Below, one piece after another: positions 20,236 to 29,771 of a DNA stretch of 64,000 nt. Each line of letters opens with the position of its first letter. Within the stretch, counting starts at the first letter, position 1. The notes under the pieces were generated by a model. That model saw only the letters and a list, made by a program, of their open reading frames with translations. It did no database searches and was not told where the DNA came from. The stretch is from positions 70,943 to 134,942 of the forward strand of contig JBGPFC010000007.1 of the NCBI GenBank assembly GCA_041483195.1. The letters run 5' to 3'. The position numbers were made by a program, and so were the translations under genes. Source of the stretch: Candidatus Eiseniibacteriota bacterium (GTDB lineage: Bacteria; Eisenbacteria; RBG-16-71-46).

Positions 20236-20885
20236 GCCCGGGCCGCGCGTTCGCCGACGAACGGATTGTGTCGTCGTTCGTCGCCAATCGTGGTGTGCGG
20301 TCCGTGACCGGGGAGCACCCGCACGTCGTCGCCGAGCGGGAAGATCCGCTCGCGGATCGCGCGTTCGAGCGCCTCGAACGATCCCCCCGGAAGATCGGTG
20401 CGCCCCACCGATCCGGCGAACAGCGTGTCGCCGCTCCACAGCGTCTCTCCGTGGCGAAAACACACGCCGCCCGGCGAATGCCCTGGCGTGTGGATCACCT
20501 CGAGCGTCTCGGCGCCGAGCCGGAGCGTCTGGCCGTCGGCCAGGTCGTGCGGCTCGCACGGCGCGGAGGCGGGCGGGAAGCCGAACGCCGCGCCCTGTTC
20601 GCTCAGCAGATCGAGCAGCGGCCGGTCCGCGGGATGCAGCCAGTATTCGCCTCCGCATGCGGCCTGCACCACGCGCATCCCGGCGACGTGATCGTAGTGC
20701 GCGTGGGTGTTGAGCAGCAGGCGCACCCGAACCCCGAGGCCGCGCAGCGCTTCCACCACGACGTCGGGCTCGAACCCCACGTCCATCACCGCCGCTTCGC
20801 GGGTCGCCTCGCACACCAGCAGGTAGGCGTTGTTGTCGAGCGGCCCGAGCTGAAACGTGCGCGTCGCGAGGGGCGTGGCGCTCAT
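20232..20885 (-). CDS. MBL-fold metallo-hydrolase (glyoxalase II-like)
   Basis: THAHYDH, HTPGHSPG, SGDTLFAGSVGRTDLPGG, LPGHG. Confidence 0.93.
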   Translation of the reverse strand: MSATPLATRTFQLGPLDNNAYLLVCEATREAAVMDVGFEPDVVVEALRGLGVRVRLLLNTHAHYDHVAGMRVVQAACGGEYWLHPADRPLLDLLSEQGAAFGFPPASAPCEPHDLADGQTLRLGAETLEVIHTPGHSPGGVCFRHGETLWSGDTLFAGSVGRTDLPGGSFEALERAIRERIFPLGDDVRVLPGHGPHTTIGDERRHNPFVGERAARA

Positions 20886-22042
20886 ATGACGTTCGCCTCG
20901 GCCGCCGCGGCGCGCTCGGCGAAGCGCTCGAGCCGCAGCGCGCCGAGATCGATGCTGGGCGCCCCGTCCACGATCCACTCCGCGATCAACTGTCCCACCC
21001 CCGGCGAGTGCATCAGGCCGTGCCCGCTGAAGCCGTTCGCGAGCATCAGCCCCGCCACCCCGGCGGGAGGACCCAGCACCGCGTTGTGATCGGGCGTCGT
21101 CTCGTAGAGGCCCGACCATCCGTTCGAGATCTCGGCCGCCTCCAGCGCGGGCAGCCGCCGGAACGCCGGCTCGGCGATGCGCTCCACGAAATTCCAGTCG
21201 ACGCTCATGTTGAATCCCGGGGGCTCGTCGCGATTCGCGAGCCCCAGCAGCATGCCGCCGCTCTCGCGGTGCATGTAGACCCCCGACTGCATGTCCACGA
21301 TCATCGGCAGGCGATCATGCACGAACGGCAGGGGCTCGGTCGTGAAGCAGTGCCGCCGGTACGGAAGGACCGGCAGGTCGACCCCGGCCCAGCGGGCGAT
21401 CTCGGAGGCGTGCGGGCCGGCGGCGTTCACAACGACCGGCGTCGCGATCGTGCCGCGATCGGTGACGACCCCCGCGACCCGGCCCTTCTCCATCACCAGT
21501 CCCCGCGCGGGCCGGCCGAACTCGAATCGCGCGCCGAGCCTGCGCGCCTGAGCGACGTAGGCCTGCGTGATCTCATGCGGATTCGCGAGCCCGTCCTTCG
21601 CGCAGAAGGTGGCGCCCAGCACGTCGCCGGTCGCGAGCTCCGGGACCAGCTCGCCTGCCTGCTCCCCGCTCAGCGTCTGGGTTGGCACCCCCATCGCGCG
21701 CTGCATCTCCGCCTGGCGCTGGAACGAATCCCAGCGCTCCGGGTCGCAGAGCAGGAACAGATATCCGACCTGGAAGAAGACCGGATCGGTCTCCATCTCC
21801 TCCGCGAAGCGCTCGAGATGCGCGATGCTGAGCATCGAGATCCGGACGTTGACCGGCGTCGAGAACTGGGCGCGCACCCCGCCGGCGGCCTTCGAGGTCG
21901 AGCCCGCGCCGGCGAATTGCTCGCGCTCGAGCACCACGACGCCGCGCACCCCGCGGCGGCCGAGATGATACGCGATCGAAGCGCCGATGCAGCCCGCTCC
22001 GATCACCACCACCGGCGCGACGCCTTCCCCGGCCGCGCTCAT
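20882..22042 (-). CDS. FAD-dependent oxidoreductase (sarcosine oxidase beta / DAO family)
   Basis: IGAGCIG, GSTSKAAGGVRAQF, WSGLYETTPD, GFSGHGLM. Confidence 0.9.
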   Translation of the reverse strand: MSAAGEGVAPVVVIGAGCIGASIAYHLGRRGVRGVVVLEREQFAGAGSTSKAAGGVRAQFSTPVNVRISMLSIAHLERFAEEMETDPVFFQVGYLFLLCDPERWDSFQRQAEMQRAMGVPTQTLSGEQAGELVPELATGDVLGATFCAKDGLANPHEITQAYVAQARRLGARFEFGRPARGLVMEKGRVAGVVTDRGTIATPVVVNAAGPHASEIARWAGVDLPVLPYRRHCFTTEPLPFVHDRLPMIVDMQSGVYMHRESGGMLLGLANRDEPPGFNMSVDWNFVERIAEPAFRRLPALEAAEISNGWSGLYETTPDHNAVLGPPAGVAGLMLANGFSGHGLMHSPGVGQLIAEWIVDGAPSIDLGALRLERFAERAAAAEANVI

Positions 22043-22863
22043 CCGAGCCTCCGGAACGCGCGCTGGAGCTTCAGCGCGTCGTCCTCGAGCTCCGGACTCT
22101 CGCATGCGACCCAGCCCGAGACCCCGCGGTCGTGCAGCGCGCGCAGCAGATCCCGATACCGAAACTTCGAATCGGCGAGCGGCAGGTGACGTCGCTCCCC
22201 CTTCGGCCCGAACAGGATGCCGGCGATGTGCACGTGGAGGCGGTCCAAGGCCCTGCGTCCGAGGCGTTGCGCGATGCGGTCGAGCATCGCGCCGAACTCG
22301 TCGAATGAGTTGAAAGCTCCCCCGTGGCGCGCGTACTGGTGCGAGAAGTCGATGCAGGGACGCACGCCCTCCACCGCTTCGCACCAGTCCAGGATCTCGT
22401 CCAGCGAACCCAGCTGGCTCGGCTTCCCGGTGAGCTCCGGGCGCACATCGACGGTGGCGTTCATGTCACGCAGACGTTGCGTGACGATCTCGAGGCCGGC
22501 TCGCACCCGCGCGCGCGCCTCGCGGGGATCCTGCCCCTGGAAGAAACCGGCGTGAAAGCAGAAGCTCTCGGCCCCGCAACGGCTCGCGATCCGCCCGGTC
22601 TCGACCAGCCGGCCGATGCTGCGCTCCACGATCTCGGGCGCCCCGCAGAGGTTGATGTAGTACGGCGCGTGCGCGGTCAGCGTGATCCGGTGCCGCCGCG
22701 CGGCGGCCGCGATCGCGTCGGCAGCCGCGTCCGACATGCGAACCCCGTTCACCCATGCCATCTCGAGCGAGTCGAGCCCCAGCGCCCGCGCCCGCGCGAT
22801 CCCGTGCACCGTCCCGGGGCGCGGACTCGAGCGTGGAATGCCCGAGGTGCCGAAGCGCAGCAT
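22039..22863 (-). CDS. nfo: Endonuclease IV-family TIM-barrel protein
   Basis: AHAPYYINL, FHAG, PELTGK, IDFSH, LHVHIAG, CESP. Confidence 0.8.
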   Translation of the reverse strand: MLRFGTSGIPRSSPRPGTVHGIARARALGLDSLEMAWVNGVRMSDAAADAIAAAARRHRITLTAHAPYYINLCGAPEIVERSIGRLVETGRIASRCGAESFCFHAGFFQGQDPREARARVRAGLEIVTQRLRDMNATVDVRPELTGKPSQLGSLDEILDWCEAVEGVRPCIDFSHQYARHGGAFNSFDEFGAMLDRIAQRLGRRALDRLHVHIAGILFGPKGERRHLPLADSKFRYRDLLRALHDRGVSGWVACESPELEDDALKLQRAFRRLG

Positions 22864-23345
22864 CAGCGCTTGTAGCCGATCGTTCGCAGGAATTCACGCC
22901 GCGCCGCCTTCGCCGTGTCGTCCTCGATCCCGCGCGGGGACAGTCCATCCACCACCCCCAGCATGCCTCGACCCTGATCGGTCTGGGCCACCAGCGCCTG
23001 CACCGGGTTCGAGGTCGCGCAGAAGACCCGGGCGACCTCGGGGCAGAGCTTGATCGCGTTCAGCACGTTGATGGGATACGCGCCGCGCAGCAGGAGGAAG
23101 AACGTGTGTCCCGCCGCGACCCGCTCCGCGTTCGAAACCGCCGCCGCGAGCAACTCGGGATCGTTGCCCTCGGTGCGGATCAGGCATGGCCCGGACGCCT
23201 CGCAGAACGCGAGACCGAAGCGCGCTCCCGGTACCGTCGTGACCACGATCTCGGCCAGATCCTCGACCGTCTTGATGAAGTGCGCCTGGCCGGCGATCAG
23301 GTTGCTCTCGTCCGGAATGTCGAGCGCGACTGCGTTCAAGTTCAT
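22863..23345 (-). CDS. Adenosine-specific kinase family (DUF355)
   Basis: GQAHFIKTVEDL, FGLAFCEASG, YPINVLNAIK, GRGMLGVVDG, IGYKR. Confidence 0.9.
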   Translation of the reverse strand: MNLNAVALDIPDESNLIAGQAHFIKTVEDLAEIVVTTVPGARFGLAFCEASGPCLIRTEGNDPELLAAAVSNAERVAAGHTFFLLLRGAYPINVLNAIKLCPEVARVFCATSNPVQALVAQTDQGRGMLGVVDGLSPRGIEDDTAKAARREFLRTIGYKR

Positions 23346-23367
23346 GCGCGAAGTTCTCCCGGCGCGC

Positions 23368-23397
23368 ACGCTACGAGCGCGCGCCGGTGGGCGTCAA
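23368..23397 (-). promoter_or_regulatory. Putative sigma70 promoter of the DUF355..dcd operon
   Basis: TTGACG-N18-TAGCGT. Confidence 0.5.
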
Positions 23398-23421
23398 GTG
23401 GCCGGCGGCGAAGCCGAGCGG

Positions 23422-25083
23422 TCAGAATGCCTGGCTCGAACCGAATGAGAATACCGGATCATGACGCCCATCGCGGGTGGGGCTCAGCGGCCAGGCGAGA
23501 TCCACGCGGAGCGCGGGCCCGAGCGTCGAGCGAGTCGTCGCGAATCGCAGTCCGAATCCCGCGTCGTCGAACCACCCGGTGCCGACCGCGCCCGGCCCCC
23601 ACGCGTGCGCCGCGTCGTAGAACACCGCGCCGCCGATCGACACCAGGTCCGCGAGGTTGCGATTCACCACCCAGCGTTGTTCGACGTTCGCTCGAACCAG
23701 CTGCCGCCCCGTCACCGCCTGCACCGGGTACGCGCGCAGGCCGTTGAGCCCGCCCACCACCGCCTGGAAGTCGCGCCCGACGCGCGAGCCCGCGATCCCC
23801 TGCGCCGCCAGCACCAGCGTGTGGCCGGTTCGGGTCGGCCAGATCCAGCGCGCGTCGGCCTGCCGGATCACCTCGAGCGGAGTGCGGCGCATGCGGGCGC
23901 TCGCGCTCGCGTGCAGGAGCCCGAATCCGAACCGGGTCTCGGCCCCCGCTCCCACGCCGATCCGCACGTCGCCTTCGTCCGCCGTGCTCCCGAGCACGTG
24001 CGGGGAGAGCCCGATCCGGATCGCGAATGACGGGCCGAGGTCGTAGTCCTCGACCCGCCCGATGCGCTCGATGCCGGCGCGCGCGATGTAACGCGGGTGC
24101 CAGCGCATGCCCTCGAGCGCCACCCGGCGCTGCCGCAGATGCTCCTCGCCGCCCGCGAATTCGGGGGGCGCGCCGGGTTCGAGCCGGCTCGGGCCGAAAT
24201 CGCGGTCCCGCGACAGGTAGGAGGCGGTCAGCCTCCGCACGATGCCGTCGCGTTCCACTCCTCGTCCCAGCGAGGCATCGATCTCGGAGATGCGCTGGTC
24301 CAGGCTCGCGATCTCGCCGGCGCTCTGGAACAGGAGCAGCTCGGAGCGCGTCCGCCACCAGGAGACGCCGTACGACCACGGCGTGTCCGGCGCGTAGAAT
24401 GGAAGCGCCATCGCCAGGATGTCGGTGGAGCCGGCGGTGCCGGTCGATGCTGTGTAGTGAAGGCGATGATGCGATCCCAGCACGGTCGGATCGGTGAACG
24501 AGATGCTGCGCGCGATCCCGGTGGGATCTTCGTGGTAGCCGATCGAGAACGACTTGCCGAAGCCGAGCAGGTTGCGCTCGGACAGCCCGAACGACCCGAA
24601 CTGCTTGCCCCCGCCGCGTTCGAGATTGAACTCGGGGGAGGTGGTCCAGCCATCGCGAGTCTCCACTCGGACGTTGACGGAGTCGCCCTCGCACCGCGAC
24701 TCCACGCGCTGCGGCTCGAGGTAGTCGAGCGAGCGCAGGACGCGCAGCGTCTGGGCCCGATGCTCCTCCTCGTATGGCTTCCCCGGCTCCATCAGCATCC
24801 GCTCGCGGATGGTGCTCGACCGCGTGCGGACATGGAGCCGGTTCGTCGCCCGGTACAGGGGCGCGAGCCGGCCCGGAGGAATCGGGTCGTAGATGTTGTG
24901 CGAGATGATGTCGATCCGCCCGACGCGAAGCCCCTCGCAGGCGCCCGTGGAATCGGCGACGGGGGCCGCGACGCGTGCGCTCGCGGCGGGCTCCGCGGCG
25001 GGCGCCCATGCCGAGGCGAGACAGGCGACCGCGGCAACGACGCGGAGTCCGCTAGTTGCGGCGCGAGGTGCCCAGTCGCTCAC
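23422..25083 (-). CDS. Omp85 superfamily (BamA/TamA-like) outer membrane protein
   Basis: Signal peptide, POTRA-like (TRSSTIRERM..LRSLDYL), SERNLLGFGK, GLRAYP loop 6, C-terminal FSFGSSQAF; start uncertain. Confidence 0.75.
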   Translation of the reverse strand: MSDWAPRAATSGLRVVAAVACLASAWAPAAEPAASARVAAPVADSTGACEGLRVGRIDIISHNIYDPIPPGRLAPLYRATNRLHVRTRSSTIRERMLMEPGKPYEEEHRAQTLRVLRSLDYLEPQRVESRCEGDSVNVRVETRDGWTTSPEFNLERGGGKQFGSFGLSERNLLGFGKSFSIGYHEDPTGIARSISFTDPTVLGSHHRLHYTASTGTAGSTDILAMALPFYAPDTPWSYGVSWWRTRSELLLFQSAGEIASLDQRISEIDASLGRGVERDGIVRRLTASYLSRDRDFGPSRLEPGAPPEFAGGEEHLRQRRVALEGMRWHPRYIARAGIERIGRVEDYDLGPSFAIRIGLSPHVLGSTADEGDVRIGVGAGAETRFGFGLLHASASARMRRTPLEVIRQADARWIWPTRTGHTLVLAAQGIAGSRVGRDFQAVVGGLNGLRAYPVQAVTGRQLVRANVEQRWVVNRNLADLVSIGGAVFYDAAHAWGPGAVGTGWFDDAGFGLRFATTRSTLGPALRVDLAWPLSPTRDGRHDPVFSFGSSQAF

Positions 25084-25825
25084 GGGCCAGCTGTGCCTCA
25101 CCGGAGAGGGGGAAGCGCTTGACCAGGTCCTGCAGCGTCTTCTTCGCGTCGGCGGGCCGATTCACCTTGTCCTGGCTGAGCGAGAGCTTGTAGAGCGCGG
25201 CCGGCACCCGATCGGCGTCGGGGTAGGCGCCGGGAACCCGCGAGTATTCCACAGCAGCGCTGTCGAACATGGACTGCGCGAAGAAGCACTCGCCCACTCC
25301 GTATTGCGCGTTGTCCGCCAGATCGCTCGACGGAAAACGCATGACGAAATCGCGAAATCCCTGAAGGGCCATCGCGTAGCGGCCCTGGGTCAGATCCTGA
25401 GCGGCCTGATCGTAGAGCTGGTTGGGATCCGGCCCGCCCGGCGACTGCGGCGGCGCGGCCCGCTCGGTGATCTGATGGAATCGTCCCATCACCTCGTCGA
25501 GCTTGCCTTCGAGGCGGCCCATCTGTTCGAACAGCTCCTGGGTCGTGCTTCCGGACGTGGCCCGCGTGCTGAGCAGGATGTCGCGCTGGCTCGCGAGCTC
25601 GCGACGCGTCTCATCGAGCGCGTGCAGTGCGAGCGAGTCGCGCACCGCGAGCGTGTCGATCTGCGTACGCAGGCTGTCGAGCCCGGACTTGAGGAGCGCC
25701 ATCTGGGGCGCCGCGCATCCGGAAAGCGAAAGCGCCAGCAGCGCGGCGATCTGGAACGCGAGCGCTCCGCCGGCCACGCTCCCGATGCGGAGCGTGGCGG
25801 CGGGAGCACGAGGCGAAGACGCCAT
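25052..25825 (-). CDS. cpoB: Tol-Pal system protein CpoB/YbgF
   Basis: Lipobox LSGC, coiled coil, TPR (ADNAQYGVGE, ALYKL); directly after pal. Confidence 0.88.
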   Translation of the reverse strand: MASSPRAPAATLRIGSVAGGALAFQIAALLALSLSGCAAPQMALLKSGLDSLRTQIDTLAVRDSLALHALDETRRELASQRDILLSTRATSGSTTQELFEQMGRLEGKLDEVMGRFHQITERAAPPQSPGGPDPNQLYDQAAQDLTQGRYAMALQGFRDFVMRFPSSDLADNAQYGVGECFFAQSMFDSAAVEYSRVPGAYPDADRVPAALYKLSLSQDKVNRPADAKKTLQDLVKRFPLSGEAQLARERLGTSRRN

Positions 25826-26361
25826 CAGCGGGCGACGAACTGGGCGCGGCGGTTCTGAGCCCAGGAACCCTCGTCGTGGCCGGGCGCGAACGGACGCTCC
25901 TTCCCGTACGAGATGACCTGCACGCGACCGCCGTCGATGCCGGCCGCCACGATGTAATCGCGCGCGGCCTGCGCGCGCTTCTCACCCAGCGCCTGGTTGT
26001 ACTCGACGGTGCCGCGCTCGTCGCAGTGTCCTTCGATGGTGACCTGCGCCCCGGCGTGATCGCGCAGGGCACGGGCATTGCGATCCAGCGCCGCGCGGGC
26101 GTCTTCACGCAAAGCGTACGAATCGAAGTCGAAGAACGCGGGCTCCAGCTCGACCGCGGTCGCCTGCGGAGCCGGGGCGGGCGCGGGCGCCGGGGTCGGA
26201 GCGGGCGTCGACGGCACGGGCGGCGGAGCGGGAGTGGCCTGCGGCGGCGCCGGCGGCGGCGTCGGAGGCGTTTCCTGCGCCTTGCGCGCGCAGCCGGCCG
26301 CGAGGCCGGCGGCCGCGAGTGCGACGAGAAGCACGAAGGTGCGCATGCTGACAGGCTTCAT
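25825..26361 (-). CDS. pal: Peptidoglycan-associated lipoprotein Pal
   Basis: Lipobox AAGC, FFDFD, EGHCDERGTVEYNQALGEKRA, SYGKERP, NRRA. Confidence 0.95.
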   Translation of the reverse strand: MKPVSMRTFVLLVALAAAGLAAGCARKAQETPPTPPPAPPQATPAPPPVPSTPAPTPAPAPAPAPQATAVELEPAFFDFDSYALREDARAALDRNARALRDHAGAQVTIEGHCDERGTVEYNQALGEKRAQAARDYIVAAGIDGGRVQVISYGKERPFAPGHDEGSWAQNRRAQFVAR

Positions 26362-27677
26362 CGGGAACCTCCCAGGGTTGAGTGATCGATATTCGAATTG
26401 ATCGCAGGGCCGGAGCCCGGCGGCCGCGGCGACCACGCCGGGGATTGCGCACGCAACCCGCCGGTGTCGAGCCGGCGTGGTGGCCGGTCGTCCAGATCCG
26501 TGACGTACAGCGAGGGCGTCCCGTCGCGGTTCGATGCGAACACCAGGTGTCTTCCATCCGGCGACCAACGCGGGTTCTCGTTGCTCGACCCGCCCACGAC
26601 CAGCCGCGCGCCGGTGCCGTCTGCGCGGCATAGGTAGATGTCGAAGCCACCCGCGGTGCGAGCCACGAAAGCGATGCGATCTCCGCGCGGAGACCACGCC
26701 GGTGAATCGGTGTAGTCCACGTCGTACGTCAGCCTTCGCACATTACCACCATCGCGGTCCATCACGTAAACCTGCGGCGTACCGCCCCGATCCGACGTGA
26801 ACGCGATCTCGCGGCCGGTCGGCGACCACCCCGGCGAGGTGTCGATCGCGCGATTGTTGGTCAGGCGACGCGGGGAGCCACCGCGGGCATCCACCAGGTA
26901 GACCTCGGAGTTCCCATCCTGGCTGAGCGTGAGCGCGACATCGCGACCGTCCGGCGAATAGGAGGCGCTGGTGTTGAGTCCCGGCCGCCCCGACACCAGA
27001 AATTCCCGGCCGCCTTCCGAGGAGATCACGAGCACCTGCGGCCCGCTGCCCCCCCGATACGACGTGAACAGCAGCAGCGATCCCTCGGGCGACCACGCCG
27101 GGGAGAGCGCGATCGAGTGGTCGGCGGTGAGCGGCCGCGCCCGGGCGCCGTCCGCGTCCATGGTGTAGAGCTCCTTGTTGCGGCCCTGCTCGGCGACGAA
27201 CGCGATGCGCGTCTCGGAGACGCCGGCCTCCCCGGTGAATTGAAGCACCACGTCGTCGGCGAAGCGGTGCACCAGCGCGCGCCAGTCCGCGAGCGGGCCG
27301 CGGTATTCGCGCACCAGGATCGGGCGTCGCGCCGGGACGTCGCGCACCTCCCCGGTGAGCCTCAGCTGGTTTCCGGACGCCGACCACTTCCCGCCGACCG
27401 TCGCCTGGATATCGAAGGGCTGCTGGCCCTGCACCCAGGCGCGGGTCACGGTGAACACCGCGGAGGTCTCGAGATCGTTCGCGAGGACCTCGTCGGCCGA
27501 GACGCTCTGCGCGCGGGCGCTCCGGTCGCCGCCCGGCTCGAGCGACTCGCAGTGCACGCGAATCCGGCGCCCGCCCGAGCTGATGTCGATGCGGACATCG
27601 CCCGCGCCCACGCCGCGCGCCGTCAGCGCCGCGAGCGCGGTCATCGCGAGCAGCATCGGCAGCCCGCGCCGCGTCAT
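26358..27677 (-). CDS. tolB: Tol-Pal beta-propeller protein TolB
   Basis: VHRFADDV, TRIAFV, six PD40 (PxWSPDG) repeats. Confidence 0.93.
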   Translation of the reverse strand: MTRRGLPMLLAMTALAALTARGVGAGDVRIDISSGGRRIRVHCESLEPGGDRSARAQSVSADEVLANDLETSAVFTVTRAWVQGQQPFDIQATVGGKWSASGNQLRLTGEVRDVPARRPILVREYRGPLADWRALVHRFADDVVLQFTGEAGVSETRIAFVAEQGRNKELYTMDADGARARPLTADHSIALSPAWSPEGSLLLFTSYRGGSGPQVLVISSEGGREFLVSGRPGLNTSASYSPDGRDVALTLSQDGNSEVYLVDARGGSPRRLTNNRAIDTSPGWSPTGREIAFTSDRGGTPQVYVMDRDGGNVRRLTYDVDYTDSPAWSPRGDRIAFVARTAGGFDIYLCRADGTGARLVVGGSSNENPRWSPDGRHLVFASNRDGTPSLYVTDLDDRPPRRLDTGGLRAQSPAWSPRPPGSGPAINSNIDHSTLGGSR

Positions 27678-28327
27678 GGCGCCGAGTACTCGAAGCCGAA
27701 GTGAATGCCGAGATCGGAGTCCGGGTAGCCGAGCGGCAGGGGCGGGAGCGGCGCGCTCAGGATCACCGCGCGCAACGCCGAGCGGTCGAAGAACTCGAAC
27801 CCGCTCACGCTCTCGGCGCGCACCGCGGACACCGATCCGTCGCGGGCCACGCGAAAATAAATCACGGCGTGCACCGGCTGACCGCCGGAAACGAATCCGG
27901 CCGGCGGCGACCAGTTTTGCGCGATGCGATTCCGGACCAGCAGCAGATAGTAGGTGAACTCGAAGTTACCGGCATCCACCGCGATCTGGCCCTTCAGCCC
28001 GGCCGCCCCGGCGGCCGCGTACGGCAGCGCGGGGGGCGTCTCGCGCTCTGGCTCCGGCTTCGGGGCTTCGACCGCTCTGCGCTTCGGCCGGGGAGGCACG
28101 AGCTTGATCCCGGTTTCGTCGGTGGGCTTGATCTCGATCGGCTTCGCTTCCGGAGCCGGCGTCGCGGGCGCCGCGGGCGCGGGCGCGAGGGCCGTGGGAT
28201 CGAGCAGCGCGACCTGGACCACATCGGGACCGGGCACGATCTGCGAGGCGCCGCCTCGCACGGCGAACAGGATCACCAGCACCACGATGTGTACCAGGCC
28301 CGATCCAAGGACCGCGCCGCGCATCAT
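27674..28327 (-). CDS. Short TolA/TonB-family energy transducer
   Basis: SxxxH TM motif (SGLVH), Pro-rich linker, TonB_C-like domain (RIAQNW, SGFEFFDRSALRAV, PLPPLP). Confidence 0.8.
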   Translation of the reverse strand: MMRGAVLGSGLVHIVVLVILFAVRGGASQIVPGPDVVQVALLDPTALAPAPAAPATPAPEAKPIEIKPTDETGIKLVPPRPKRRAVEAPKPEPERETPPALPYAAAGAAGLKGQIAVDAGNFEFTYYLLLVRNRIAQNWSPPAGFVSGGQPVHAVIYFRVARDGSVSAVRAESVSGFEFFDRSALRAVILSAPLPPLPLGYPDSDLGIHFGFEYSAP

Positions 28328-28731
28328 CGCGGCTTCCCGCGGACCGGAGGCTCGGTCACCAGCCCGAGGGCCGCGACCCCGCTCCGCCTGAGGCGCGCGA
28401 TCAGCTGGACGATGTCGCCGTACGGCACGCGCTGGTCGGCCTTCAGGAAGACCGGGCGCCGCGCCGCCCCCTCCCGCGCGAGCGCGTCCTCGAGCTTATC
28501 CATGGTCACGATCGAGTTCCCGATCGCGATCGTGCGGTCCGCGCGCACGCTCACGATCAGCCCTTCGCGCACGTCGAGCCCGCGGGTGGCGACCTTCGGC
28601 AGGTCGATCTGGAGCCCGCCCTGGAGAAATGGCGCGGTGACCATGAAGATGATGAGCAGCACCAGCACGACATCGACCAGCGGAGTGACGTTGATCTCCG
28701 CCATCGGCCGGCGCGCGGTTCCGAGCTTCAC
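28324..28731 (-). CDS. tolR: TolR/ExbD
   Basis: EINVTPLVDVVLVLLIIFMVTAP, KADQRVPYG; GTG start overlapping the tolQ stop. Confidence 0.9.
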   Translation of the reverse strand: MKLGTARRPMAEINVTPLVDVVLVLLIIFMVTAPFLQGGLQIDLPKVATRGLDVREGLIVSVRADRTIAIGNSIVTMDKLEDALAREGAARRPVFLKADQRVPYGDIVQLIARLRRSGVAALGLVTEPPVRGKPR

Positions 28732-29429
28732 GCCGCGGGGCCCGCCAGACGCCGGTCGAGGAACTCGCTCGCGAATTGAGCGGTCGCCTGCGTGATGTCC
28801 CGCAGCCGCCCCAGGCAATGGTTGTAGCCCACCACCGCCGGAATCGCCGCGGCCAGCCCCGCGATCGTCGCGATCAGGGCCTCCGCGATCCCGGGCGCGA
28901 CCACCACCAGCGAGGCGGACCCCTGGGCGCCGATGTTGAGGAACGCGCTCATCACGCCCCAGACCGTGCCCAGCAGCCCGATGAAGGGCGAGACGCTGCC
29001 GGTGGTCGCGAGGAATCCGAGGTGGCGTTCGAGGACGGCGGTCTCGTCGATCGCGCAGCGGTCCATGGCATGCTGGGCCATCTCGTAACGCACGCTGATC
29101 GATCCGCCCGCCTCGGGGCGGTGTTGATCGAGCGCGCGCTGCCCGGCCAGCGCCACCATCGCCTGCAGACTCTCCGGGTGCTGCTCGCACACCAGCCGGA
29201 AATCCGCGGCGGGCTGCATCGCCCGAAACGTGGTGAGGAACCTGCGATCCGCCGCCTCCACGCGCGCGTAGAGCCGCAGGCGGTTCCAGAGGATGGCCCA
29301 GCACCAGATCGAGACCAGGAACAGGAGCAGCAGGATCGCCTTGGCGAACGGACCCGCATGCGTGATGAGGGACCACACCGAGGCGCGGGTGCTGGCGCCA
29401 AATTGAAGGATGACGGCAGTTGCGATCAT
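28728..29429 (-). CDS. tolQ: TolQ/ExbB proton channel
   Basis: LATTGSVSPFIGLLGTVWG, VAPGIAEALIATIAGL. Confidence 0.9.
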   Translation of the reverse strand: MIATAVILQFGASTRASVWSLITHAGPFAKAILLLLFLVSIWCWAILWNRLRLYARVEAADRRFLTTFRAMQPAADFRLVCEQHPESLQAMVALAGQRALDQHRPEAGGSISVRYEMAQHAMDRCAIDETAVLERHLGFLATTGSVSPFIGLLGTVWGVMSAFLNIGAQGSASLVVVAPGIAEALIATIAGLAAAIPAVVGYNHCLGRLRDITQATAQFASEFLDRRLAGPAA

Positions 29430-29771
29430 CGGCTTCACGCTCCATGTGAAGTCGGCGCGGGCGGCACCGGCCGGGCCCCGAAACGGGATCGATTCGCTCC
29501 ATACGTGGATCGAGTTCCGGGACGCTAGCACGGCGCGAACGCGGCCTCAAGGAAAACGGGCCGCGGCGCCGCGCATTTCCGATCGCCGAGGCCGCGGTGC
29601 GCTCACATTCACGGAACAACACCGGCGCGCCGCGCGCTCGCCGGCGACGGCCGCAGGTCAAATGGCTGCAAAGAAGCCGCGATCCTCGCCATTCCGCGCA
29701 TCGCACCGGGTACACTGATTCCGGATCGTGGCCCGCATGCGCGGGTCTTTCCCGGGCGAAAGGAACGCTTC

